Assembly: GCA_006227085.1 (NCBI GenBank)
Contig: SBFY01000117.1
Span: forward strand, 1-38,008
Length of the DNA: 38,008 bases
DNA from: Gammaproteobacteria bacterium
GTDB taxonomy: Bacteria > Pseudomonadota > Gammaproteobacteria > Pseudomonadales > M0112
Direction: 5' to 3'
Part shown: in pieces, positions 1 to 7,531 of the stretch
How positions within the stretch are numbered: position 1 is the first letter of the stretch
Layout of the letters: every line of letters begins with the position of its first letter
Made by a program: the position numbers and the translations under genes
The notes under the pieces: generated by a model
The model's input: the letters and a program-made list of their open reading frames with translations, nothing else
Told to the model about the DNA's origin: nothing
The model's database searches: none

Positions 1-1419
1 AAAGCCTATGTCACCTACGGCAAGGAAATGGTCAAGTGGACCATGGAAAACACCCGCACCCAGTTCCAGGCCCTGGATGTCTACCCGGATTACTATCCAG
101 CCGTGCCGGGCTACAAGCCAGGCAGTCGCAGTACGGAACCGATGGCGTTTGATGGCCGTTTGCTGGGTGACGAATTCGAGCATTTGCGCGACCCGCATGT
201 GCAGTTACTGATTTTTGGCCGTTTGATGCTGACCACTTATGAAGTGCGGGATGTGTTCAAGCAAGCGCCGGGTTGGGTATGGCTGATGATCAAGTCCATG
301 CTGGACTACCTCAGTGATTTCAAATATCGCCTGAAGAGCAAGCGTAGCCGCCGGTTGACCTTTGGCAATGCCTTGATGGGTTCGCTGCGCATGTCGATGA
401 TTGATCGGGATATTCCCTTGTGGCGCAATTGCCCGCTGAAAGAGCTGGTGGTGGAAGATGGCCGTGTCGTCGGTGCGGTAGTGGAGCGTGATGGGCGCAG
501 CATGCGTATCCAGGCGCGCAAAGGCGTGTTGCTGGCGGCAGGTGGCTTCGAAAGCAGTCAGGCCCTGCGTGAAAAATACCTGCCGGGCCCGACCAAGGCG
601 GAGTGGACCGCCGCTAACCCGGCCAATACCGGTGACGCGATTGAAGCCGGTATCCGTATCGGTGCCGGTACCGGTTTCATGGACGATGCCTGGTGGGGAC
701 CAACCTGCATGCCGCCCGGCGAACCGACAGCGCGCATGTTGATCATTGAAAAATCGTTGCCGGGCTGCCTGTTTGTAGCTCCGGATGGCAAGCGTTTTAC
801 CGACGAAGCCGCGGCCTATATCGAAATCGTCAAGGACATGCACAAGGAACAGGCCAAGGGTCGTGAGGTCCTGCCGGCGTGGATGATCTTCGGGCGTCAT
901 TACCGCAAGAAATACCCGATGGGGCCGGTATTGCCGGGCGCCAACATGCCGGATTTCGCGGTGCCCAAACATTTGTGGGACAGCTTTATTTACAAGGCGG
1001 ATACAGTTGAAGCGCTGGCCAGCAAGATCAAGGTCGATGCCAATGGCTTGATGGAATCCATCCGCAAGATGAATGAGTATGCGGTGACCGGGGAAGACCT
1101 GGATTACCGCAAGGGTGCCAATGAATATGACCGGTATTACGGTGATGAGGCCGTGACGCCTAATCCCTGCCTGGCAGCAGTAGAGCCGCCGTATTATGCC
1201 GTACAGATTTTCCCCGGTGATCTGGGTACGAAAGGCGGCCTGCAGGCTGATGAAAAAGCCCGCGTGCTGGATGCCCAGGGGCAGGTTATCCCTGGCTTGT
1301 ATGCCGTGGGCAACAACTCGGCGGCGGCCATGGGGCCCACCTATGCAGGTGCCGGTTCCACGATTGGCCCGTCCATGACCTTTGGCTACATTGCCGCCAA
1401 TGACATGATGGGTCAGTGA
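1..1419 (+). CDS. FAD-dependent oxidoreductase of the 3-ketosteroid delta1-dehydrogenase (KstD) / fumarate reductase flavoprotein family. It is 5'-truncated by the window edge.
   Basis: Frame 1 is open from base 1 to the TGA at 1417-1419, and the N-terminal GxGxxG FAD fold is missing. Family-typical blocks are LLAAGGFESSQALREKY, ANTGDAIEAG, and the C-terminal GDLGTKGGLQADEKARVLD...IPGLYAVGN...GAGSTIGPSMTFGYIAA. GC3-rich codon usage. A strong terminator follows. Confidence 0.8.
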   Translation, partial: KAYVTYGKEMVKWTMENTRTQFQALDVYPDYYPAVPGYKPGSRSTEPMAFDGRLLGDEFEHLRDPHVQLLIFGRLMLTTYEVRDVFKQAPGWVWLMIKSMLDYLSDFKYRLKSKRSRRLTFGNALMGSLRMSMIDRDIPLWRNCPLKELVVEDGRVVGAVVERDGRSMRIQARKGVLLAAGGFESSQALREKYLPGPTKAEWTAANPANTGDAIEAGIRIGAGTGFMDDAWWGPTCMPPGEPTARMLIIEKSLPGCLFVAPDGKRFTDEAAAYIEIVKDMHKEQAKGREVLPAWMIFGRHYRKKYPMGPVLPGANMPDFAVPKHLWDSFIYKADTVEALASKIKVDANGLMESIRKMNEYAVTGEDLDYRKGANEYDRYYGDEAVTPNPCLAAVEPPYYAVQIFPGDLGTKGGLQADEKARVLDAQGQVIPGLYAVGNNSAAAMGPTYAGAGSTIGPSMTFGYIAANDMMGQ

Positions 1420-1435
1420 GGCTGTCCCGGCCGCT

Positions 1436-1464
1436 AAAAAAAGGCGCCCCAAGGCGCCTTTTTT
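1436..1464. terminator. Rho-independent terminator. The hairpin is flanked by an A-tract and a T-tract, so it could act in both directions.
   Basis: The sequence is aaaaaaa-GGCGCC-ccaa-GGCGCC-tttttt, starting 17 nt after the stop of the flavoprotein gene. Confidence 0.7.
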
Positions 1465-1500
1465 GTGTGCGTCCAGTCTGTCGGGCGGGTTTTGTGTTGG

Positions 1501-1529
1501 TTGCGATTCATGGGCCGAATCGCTAGACT
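1501..1529 (+). promoter_or_regulatory. Putative sigma70 promoter for the DUF4156 lipoprotein gene.
   Basis: TTGCGA (1501-1506), a 17 nt spacer, then TAGACT (1524-1529). It lies about 50 nt upstream of the ATG at 1582, which has a GAAGAGG ribosome-binding site. Confidence 0.4.
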
Positions 1530-1581
1530 GCCGCGCGTTCAGGGGCCATGTGTGCCTGCTCGTGACCGAAGAGGTGTCCAG

Positions 1582-1899
1582 ATGCGTATTTCCCGGGTTT
1601 TATTGCTGTCATCCTCCCTGTTGCTGGTATCGGCATGTACATGGGTTGAGCCGACAATCGGGTCCCGCAGTGTCAGTGTGGTGAAGCCCGAGCATGTGGC
1701 AACGTGTGAGCAGATTGGCCAGACCAATACCCGTACTGCTGCCAAGATCGGCTTTATCCGTCGTAACGCCGCTACCGTTGCCAAGGAATTGCAGACCTTG
1801 GCCCGTAACGATGCGGCAGCCATGGGGGGTGATACCGTGGTTGCCCAGGGCAGCTCCTATGAAGGCAGCCAGCGCTTCCTGATCTATCGTTGCCAGTAA
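1582..1899 (+). CDS. DUF4156-family lipoprotein.
   Basis: Signal peptide MRISRVLLLSSSLLLVSAC with an LVSAC lipobox. The mature part matches my memory of DUF4156 (V.V....C..IG......K.G...R....V..EL..LARN.AA.MGGDT.V......G.Q.F..YRC). An RBS lies upstream of 1582. The gene is flanked by terminators on both sides. Confidence 0.8.
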   Translation: MRISRVLLLSSSLLLVSACTWVEPTIGSRSVSVVKPEHVATCEQIGQTNTRTAAKIGFIRRNAATVAKELQTLARNDAAAMGGDTVVAQGSSYEGSQRFLIYRCQ

Positions 1900-1916
1900 C
1901 CCTTCGCGTGCCTAAG

Positions 1917-1940
1917 CCCCAGCCCTCGCTGGGGTTTTTT
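1917..1940 (+). terminator. Rho-independent terminator.
   Basis: CCCCAGC-cctc-GCTGGGG followed by tttttt, 18 nt after the stop at 1899. Confidence 0.7.
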
Positions 1941-1965
1941 ATGGCCGCTATCTTTTAAAGTGCGG

Positions 1966-2009
1966 CCTATCACACGGATTTTGTGATAGGATTCACACCG
2001 CTATTCACG
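1966..2009 (+). promoter_or_regulatory. CRP/Vfr-type operator with a perfect TGTGA-N6-TCACA core, plus extra phased half-sites, upstream of the DUF1631-PilZ genes.
   Basis: TGTGATAGGATTCACA at 1982-1997 matches both consensus half-sites of the CRP family. Additional half-sites are TCACA at 1970-1974 and TCACG at 2005-2009. The four half-sites start 12, 11 and 12 bp apart. A TAGAAT -10-like hexamer lies at 2021-2026. Confidence 0.45.
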
Positions 2010-2092
2010 GGATTGTCCCCTAGAATAAGCCGATCCAGTCAGTGACATCACATGCCCACTATCTGGTGCGCATGTTCCAAGGAATCTTGCGT

Positions 2093-4576
2093 ATGGATGC
2101 GATCAAGCCCCAGCACAAGCATATTGCCGAACTCCGGAAATCCAGCCTGGAATTTTCGGACAAGCTTTTGTCACTGTATTTGCCAGCGCTTGAAGCTATT
2201 TTGCTGGAAATGGCTGATGCCACGCGTGGCAGTGAGCAAATGCAGTTGTTGGCATTGGTGCGTGATTTCAAGGCCAAACGGGACATGCTGGCTGGCGATT
2301 TCAAACATTATATCGCTGAAGGTTTCCTGCAATTCCAGCAAAAAACCCTGGGCAATAAAACGGTCGCCGAAGAGCCGGAAGATTTATCGACAGACCTCTC
2401 CCTGATTGCCAACGATGAGCTGGAGCAGGAATTGGCAGCAGCCGGGATTGCCCGGCGTGCGACAGCACGCTATGCCGAATTGCTGCAAGCACTCAACCAA
2501 CGCATGGCGGTGGTGAATGGCGGCGAACGATTACTGGAAGATGGGAATCCCCTGGGGCCTTACCAGTTCACCCACGCATTGAAGCATGCCTTGCAACTGA
2601 TCGACCTGCAGGGCGGGTCCATGCCGTTACAAGCCTACAAATTGTTTGAAAAACGTTTTATCGGCCAGCTTGAGCCGTTTTACAAAGCCGCTAACCAGTA
2701 TTTGATTGATCACGATATCCTGCCGAACCTTCGCCCACGGCGAGGCGGTGTGATCAATAAACCCACGCCAACTGCCCCGGCTAAATCATCACCGCAGGAA
2801 GCAGCCAGTCATGCGGAAGTTGCGGCGACTGCTGTTGCACCGGTTGCCCAGTCGCCAGCCATGCCAGCAAATGCCACAGCGCGTGCGGCAGAGAGTATTC
2901 CGGCAGTGAACGCGACGGCAGAAAACGCCTTGTACCAGGCTATCCGGCAAGCCCAGCAGGGTGTGTCCGCGCCCTTGGCGGCCAGTGAAACCAGTGCTGC
3001 TGCGATGCCGCAAGCGCAAGTGCCTGTCACAACGGGCAGCGGCATGCCGCAGGGTGCGATGGGGCAGGGTCAACCAGGCGTTTCACCGGTATCGGTACAG
3101 CCGACGCCGGCATCACAGCCTGCGGCTTCTTCGCCAGTAGCAGCTGCTAATTACCAGCCCGGTTATTTCAGCAGCCCTGCCTTTGGCGGCCAGTACGGTG
3201 CAGCAGGTGAAGGTGCTGCGCCGGTAGCATTGTGTGCGCCGGGCGAAGTGGCCGGCGCATTGCAATCCGTTTCCACGGTTGGATATGCGGACACCCTCGA
3301 ACAGTCTGATGTGCCGCACGCATTAACGCCCGCGCATTTCCAGCTGGTGACCACCCAAATCAAGAACGAAATTGGTAACGATAAGCGACTGAGTGATGAT
3401 GAAGGGCGTGTGATTGATTTGGTGGGCATGATTTTTGAGTACATGCTCGGCGACAAAAACCTGCCGGATGCGGTCAAGGCTGTGCTCAGTTACTTGCATA
3501 CCCCATACCTGAAAGTAGCCTTCATTGATGGGCACATGTTTGAGCAACCCGAGCACAGTTCACGCCAGTTATTGAACTGCCTGGCCGAAGCGGGTTCACG
3601 TTGGGTCAATGCCAAGGGCGAAAGCCAATTCCGCGTGTTTTCCAAAATCAAGGAAGTGGTGCGACGCATCCTCAAGGAATTTGATGACGACCTGGGCTTG
3701 TTTGATGAATTGCTTGCCGAGGTGCAGGAGTTCAATCGCACTGTAGAACGCGGCGTTGCCTTGATGGAACGGCGTGCAAGGGAAAAAGCGCAAGGTGAGG
3801 AACGTTTGCGTGAGGGTAAGCGGAGGGCACTCACGGAATTGAAGCAGCGAATGGCAGGCCATGATTTGCCATCGTATTGCATCGTGCTGTTGTTGCATCC
3901 CTGGCTGGATTACCTGACATTCAATTTGCTCCGTCATGGCGAAAAGTCTGCAGAGTGGAACGCCGCACTGCAGATGGTGGATGACATTATCTGGAGTATT
4001 CGTCCACCGGATGATGAAGCCCAGCGTGATGTGTTGCGGCAAATGACCGAAGGCATATACAAGGCAGTCTCTGAGGGTTTGGAGACGGTTGGCTATGATC
4101 CTGTGCGCGCACAGGGTTTGCTGGAACGCTTGCGCCAAACCCATGGGTTGGCCTTGCAAAGCCAGGCAGTGGAAGTGGCCGAGCCGGCACAGCGCGAGCA
4201 GATGGAAGCAGAAGTGACCGAGCAGTTGGGCGGCGATGAGCCGGATCCTGCATTGTTGAGCCAGGCAGAGCAAGACCTGGTCGAAAAATTGCGTTTGATG
4301 GAATATGGCACCTGGTTTGAATTTGACGAACTGGATGATTATCACTTTATTCGTGCCAAGGTCAGCTGGTTTAACGCCAGCACATCGCGTTATTTGTTGG
4401 TGGACTTGAGCGGCAAACAATTGGCGATGAAGGGCGGGCTGGATATCGCCCGCCTGGTACTGGCTGGCAAGGCCCGCATGATCAGTGGTTCTGCCAAGCC
4501 GTTTTTTGAACGCGCACTGGAAAATATCCTGGCCCGGTTGCGTGACAGCATGGCCTCGGCGCATCCAGCCACATAA
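2093..4576 (+). CDS. DUF1631-family protein. This family is often mis-annotated as thymidine phosphorylase.
   Basis: An 844-codon ORF. The N-terminal block (LSLYLPALEAILLEMAD..., FKAKRDMLAGDFKHYIAEGF) and the C-terminal block (GTWFEFDE....IRAKVSWFNASTSRYLLVD..GKQ) fit my memory of DUF1631. The start was chosen at ATG 2093 because AAGGA lies 9 nt upstream. ATG 2072 and GTG 2042 are in-frame alternatives. Confidence 0.8.
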   Translation: MDAIKPQHKHIAELRKSSLEFSDKLLSLYLPALEAILLEMADATRGSEQMQLLALVRDFKAKRDMLAGDFKHYIAEGFLQFQQKTLGNKTVAEEPEDLSTDLSLIANDELEQELAAAGIARRATARYAELLQALNQRMAVVNGGERLLEDGNPLGPYQFTHALKHALQLIDLQGGSMPLQAYKLFEKRFIGQLEPFYKAANQYLIDHDILPNLRPRRGGVINKPTPTAPAKSSPQEAASHAEVAATAVAPVAQSPAMPANATARAAESIPAVNATAENALYQAIRQAQQGVSAPLAASETSAAAMPQAQVPVTTGSGMPQGAMGQGQPGVSPVSVQPTPASQPAASSPVAAANYQPGYFSSPAFGGQYGAAGEGAAPVALCAPGEVAGALQSVSTVGYADTLEQSDVPHALTPAHFQLVTTQIKNEIGNDKRLSDDEGRVIDLVGMIFEYMLGDKNLPDAVKAVLSYLHTPYLKVAFIDGHMFEQPEHSSRQLLNCLAEAGSRWVNAKGESQFRVFSKIKEVVRRILKEFDDDLGLFDELLAEVQEFNRTVERGVALMERRAREKAQGEERLREGKRRALTELKQRMAGHDLPSYCIVLLLHPWLDYLTFNLLRHGEKSAEWNAALQMVDDIIWSIRPPDDEAQRDVLRQMTEGIYKAVSEGLETVGYDPVRAQGLLERLRQTHGLALQSQAVEVAEPAQREQMEAEVTEQLGGDEPDPALLSQAEQDLVEKLRLMEYGTWFEFDELDDYHFIRAKVSWFNASTSRYLLVDLSGKQLAMKGGLDIARLVLAGKARMISGSAKPFFERALENILARLRDSMASAHPAT

Positions 4577-4636
4577 AATGTATCCGGGCCAATGGTCCGT
4601 CATGATGCAGCCAGCCAGATGAATGGGAGTGTGGTC

Positions 4637-5017
4637 ATGGAAGAAGAATCGTTTGAAAACCGCCGCAAGCATCCACGGTATCCGCTGGACAAGAAAATCC
4701 ATGTCATCAATCGCGCGACGAACGAGTCATTGGGCGTGATTGCCAACCTGTCTGAAGGCGGCTTGATGTTGGTGCATCGGTCACCCTTGCCGGCAGACGG
4801 GATTTACCAATTGGCGATTGAGCTTGAGCCGGGTGTGATTGCCAATAAGGACATGGTCACCATCGAGTTGGGTGTTGACTGTCTCTGGAATAGCCCGGCC
4901 GCTCAACAACAAGCCGATGCTTATTGGTCGGGCTGTGAAATCATCGATATCTCGGACCAGCATTTGGGTCTGCTTGTGCAGTTGATTGCAGCTGTGCGTC
5001 CACTGGAAACCCGCTGA
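4637..5017 (+). CDS. PilZ-domain protein, a predicted c-di-GMP receptor.
   Basis: Both PilZ signature motifs are present: RxxxR (RRKHPR) and (D/N)xSxxG (NLSEGG), at the expected spacing. ATG 4637 follows a GGGAG RBS. In-frame alternatives are 4592 and 4619. Confidence 0.8.
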   Translation: MEEESFENRRKHPRYPLDKKIHVINRATNESLGVIANLSEGGLMLVHRSPLPADGIYQLAIELEPGVIANKDMVTIELGVDCLWNSPAAQQQADAYWSGCEIIDISDQHLGLLVQLIAAVRPLETR

Positions 5018-5085
5018 TCCTGTTTGCATCTGTGGCATCTGCCGTTTAGTCTTGGCATCAACCTGGACAATAAGGGTTGCTCCCC

Positions 5086-5607
5086 ATGGCTAAAAAACGT
5101 TGGTACGACTGGCTGTTTATCCTGATGTTCCTGTTTTTCGGGTTCGTGGCGTGGTACTACGAGCCGATGTTCTTCTTTGGTTGGTCGGGTTGCGACTGGG
5201 GCAATATTGCGCAGGGCCTGGAAGGTCCCTGTGGGCAGCACTGGGTCGGGCAAGCCTTTGTGGGTTATACCGAGGTAGAGCCCCTTTACCGTAATGCGCC
5301 GGTTTTCCTGCAGATCATCAATGAATTCGATGTGTTCCTGTTTGGTCCGTTCTATGCCATTTCACTGTTTGCTTTCTTCACGAACCAGCACACATCGGGT
5401 TGGTATCGTGCTGTCGGCACATTCTTTTGTGGCATGTTGCTGTATGCCATGATTTTTTACTTCACGTGGGAGTTCCGTACCTACCGGGAAACCGGTGCCA
5501 ACATTACCCAGGTCGTGATCATTAACGGGCCGTGGGCGTTGGGCAAGGTCCTGCTGTTGATGCGTTTGTACTTGCCTGCGGATGTGCGGGACAGGGCATG
5601 GTCATGA
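5086..5607 (+). CDS. Four-TM membrane protein resembling the EXPERA domain (TMEM97 / sigma-2 / emopamil-binding-protein-like, DUF2781-type).
   Basis: Hydrophobic, aromatic-rich protein of about 173 aa with GC3-rich codon usage. The segment EPLYRNAPVFLQIINEFDVFLFGPFYAISLFAFF..WYR aligns by eye with human TMEM97 [36 protein letters not shown]..WIR, recalled from memory. ATG 5086 follows AAGGG. The existence of the gene is more certain than the family call. Confidence 0.65.
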   Translation: MAKKRWYDWLFILMFLFFGFVAWYYEPMFFFGWSGCDWGNIAQGLEGPCGQHWVGQAFVGYTEVEPLYRNAPVFLQIINEFDVFLFGPFYAISLFAFFTNQHTSGWYRAVGTFFCGMLLYAMIFYFTWEFRTYRETGANITQVVIINGPWALGKVLLLMRLYLPADVRDRAWS

Positions 5608-5942
5608 ACATGCGCATGCAAAAGGCGGTAGGGCTGTGCCTGGTAACGATGTCGCTGGCCGTACCAGCCCATGCCGTGGAAGACTTCGGGTTTATTTGTG
5701 AACGACCGGGCGAGCCCAAGCGCCAGATCCATGTCGCGTACGAAAGCCCGGCATCCCGTTTGCCGTGTGAAGTGCGTTACTTCAAGGGCGACAAGATGCA
5801 GGTCTTGTGGACCTCGAACAACACCCCCGGCTATTGCGGCGCCAAGGCGCGCGAGTTTGCCGACAAGCAGCGCGGCTGGGGCTGGCAATGCCAGGAGGTG
5901 TTGTATCAGGATGAAGCGGATGCCGCGGGCAGCGCCCGCTGA
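5604..5942 (+). CDS. Small secreted protein with four conserved-looking cysteines (hypothetical).
   Basis: Its ATG overlaps the upstream stop (ATGA at 5604-5607). Sec signal peptide MNMRMQKAVGLCLVTMSLAVPAHA. The mature protein of about 89 aa has 4 Cys. Strong GC3 codon bias supports this frame over the antisense ORF 5481..6014. Confidence 0.7.
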   Translation: MNMRMQKAVGLCLVTMSLAVPAHAVEDFGFICERPGEPKRQIHVAYESPASRLPCEVRYFKGDKMQVLWTSNNTPGYCGAKAREFADKQRGWGWQCQEVLYQDEADAAGSAR

Positions 5943-5943
5943 T

Positions 5944-7467
5944 TCACTGGCGGGTGGCCAGGTGCCGCCCCGCACAGCGCCCGAAAAAACTGCCGTCGCC
6001 GACCGACAACCCACTGGCCATGTACGGAGCCTGTGGCAAACCGTTGGCGGTGCGACCAGCGGCGTACAAGCCCGGGATCACATCACCTGATGCGTGCAGC
6101 ACTTGTGCATCGGTATTCGTCAGTAATCCACCAAACGTCAGGATAGGGGCAAAATCCTGGCTCGCGTCCATGCGCCATGCATGGAAGGGTGGCTTTACGA
6201 TTGGCGCAATAAAATCAGCGTGCTTGTGGAACAAGGGGTCTGCTTGCTGTGTGGCGTGGCGGTTGTAATAGGCCACGGTTTCCTGCAAGGCATGGTCCGG
6301 CATGTCCAGGGATTGCTCCAGCTCGCGAATGCTGTTTGCCTGGGCGATGTGCGGGTAAAAATGATTATCGGGATAGGCGTGGTCGGCATCCGTGATGATG
6401 TAGGCCACTCCACCCTGATGGATCACGACTTCGTGACCCACGACACCGTAGTAGTAATCTTCCGCCATGAAGCGTTGGCCGCGCCGGTTCACAAAAATAC
6501 CGCGCAAGGCGCGTTCGGGCGGGTAGGTGGGTAGCACAATCATGGCCTGGTGCATGCGGATGGCGGCAGCACCAACCCCCATGCCCATCAGGATACCCAA
6601 GCCAAGATCGCCAGGCGATGCATGCGGGGTGCTGACGGCGGCCACTTCCGGTGCATAGTGTTTCACCATGTCGTGATTGCGGATGAAGCCACCGCAGGCG
6701 AGCACTACCCCTTTGCGTGCCCGGATGTTTTCCAGTTTGCCATGACGCATCACTTGCAGGCCCAGCACGCGGCCATCATCCGCCTGTACCAGGCGTTTGC
6801 CTGTCACCGCAGTCAATACTTTGCTGCCTTCGCGTTCCGCAGTGTCATTCAGGGCTTGCATGAGGCGCCAGCCGCCATGACCGGGTACGCCGGGCACATG
6901 GCCACGGGGAGCCGGCTTGGCGATGTCGCGGAAGGGATGGTTCAATTCACAGCCGGAGTAATACAGTGAGTTGTCGGTTTCTTGCGGGAATTCTTTTTCC
7001 CGCTGGAATTGCTGCGTGTAGGGCACGCCATTTGCGACCAGCCAGTCAAAGTGCCCAACGGCACCTTCACAATATTTCTGGATGCGTTCGAGGTGCGGGT
7101 GGGGGCCGCTGGCTGCAACGATGTAGTCCAGCATGGCTTCCACGCTGTCATCAAAGCCCAGGGCTTTCTGCAGGGCAGTGCCGCCGCCCAGGTAGCAAAC
7201 GCCACCTGACATGGCGGATGAGCCACCGCGGCTTTCCTGCATCTCCAGCACGAGGGTATCGGCACCTGCGCGGCGTGCTTCGATGGCGGCAGCCATGCCG
7301 GCCACGCCGGAACCCACGATCAAGGCATCGGTACTGAGGTCCCAGTGGCTGATGTCACGCTCGCGGACACTGGCATGGGCTTGGGTGTGTTGGCCAAGCA
7401 GGCTGCTGGCGGCCAGGGCACTGCCGGCAGCCAGTAGCCGGCGACGGGTAATACCGGATGTGCTCAT
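5944..7467 (-). CDS. Tat-exported FAD-dependent oxidoreductase of the KstD / fumarate reductase flavoprotein family.
   Basis: Twin-arginine signal MSTSGITRRRLLAAGSALAASSLLGQHTQAHA. FAD fold DALIVGSGVAGMAAAIEARRAG. C-terminal FGGLLTNTDAQVL...IPGLYAAGR. ATG 7467 is preceded by GGGGA. The longer ORF reaching 7545 has no RBS and would place 26 aa ahead of the Tat motif. Confidence 0.85.
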   Translation of the reverse strand: MSTSGITRRRLLAAGSALAASSLLGQHTQAHASVRERDISHWDLSTDALIVGSGVAGMAAAIEARRAGADTLVLEMQESRGGSSAMSGGVCYLGGGTALQKALGFDDSVEAMLDYIVAASGPHPHLERIQKYCEGAVGHFDWLVANGVPYTQQFQREKEFPQETDNSLYYSGCELNHPFRDIAKPAPRGHVPGVPGHGGWRLMQALNDTAEREGSKVLTAVTGKRLVQADDGRVLGLQVMRHGKLENIRARKGVVLACGGFIRNHDMVKHYAPEVAAVSTPHASPGDLGLGILMGMGVGAAAIRMHQAMIVLPTYPPERALRGIFVNRRGQRFMAEDYYYGVVGHEVVIHQGGVAYIITDADHAYPDNHFYPHIAQANSIRELEQSLDMPDHALQETVAYYNRHATQQADPLFHKHADFIAPIVKPPFHAWRMDASQDFAPILTFGGLLTNTDAQVLHASGDVIPGLYAAGRTANGLPQAPYMASGLSVGDGSFFGRCAGRHLATRQ

Positions 7468-7531
7468 GGGGTTCCCCGCGTTTATGCGTATTGTTCCAGG
7501 GGTGCGTATACTCGGCAGTCTAGGGAATGTC

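Noticed and set aside
205-1452. Long antisense ORFs opposite well-supported genes, for example 205..1452(-), 3596..4702(-), 10257..10979(-), 13586..14428(-), 14019..14741(-), 14320..15087(-), 20765..21634(-), 21671..22552(-), 23627..24784(-), 30049..30954(-) and 35586..36242(-).
   Set aside because: These are typical shadow ORFs of GC-rich coding DNA. Their translations are Arg/Pro/Gly/His-rich with no recognisable motifs. Each lies fully inside a gene whose product is a confidently recognised conserved protein on the other strand.
5033-5058. Two TGGCAT motifs 20 nt apart upstream of the EXPERA-like gene, considered as a possible sigma54 (-24/-12) promoter.
   Set aside because: Neither TGGCAT is followed by the required TTGC(A/T) element at the fixed 4-5 nt spacing (GG-N10-GC), so the sigma54 consensus is not met.
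7211-7531. The 5' extension of the AI-2E transporter ORF (starting at 7211) and the 5' extension of the Tat flavoprotein ORF (up to 7545), which would make the two divergent genes overlap heavily.
   Set aside because: The extension of the + ORF lies antisense inside the flavoprotein coding region and translates to low-complexity Arg/Ala/Ser sequence. Internal ATGs at 7532 and 7467 have RBS motifs and give sensible N-termini: a membrane helix and a Tat signal respectively.
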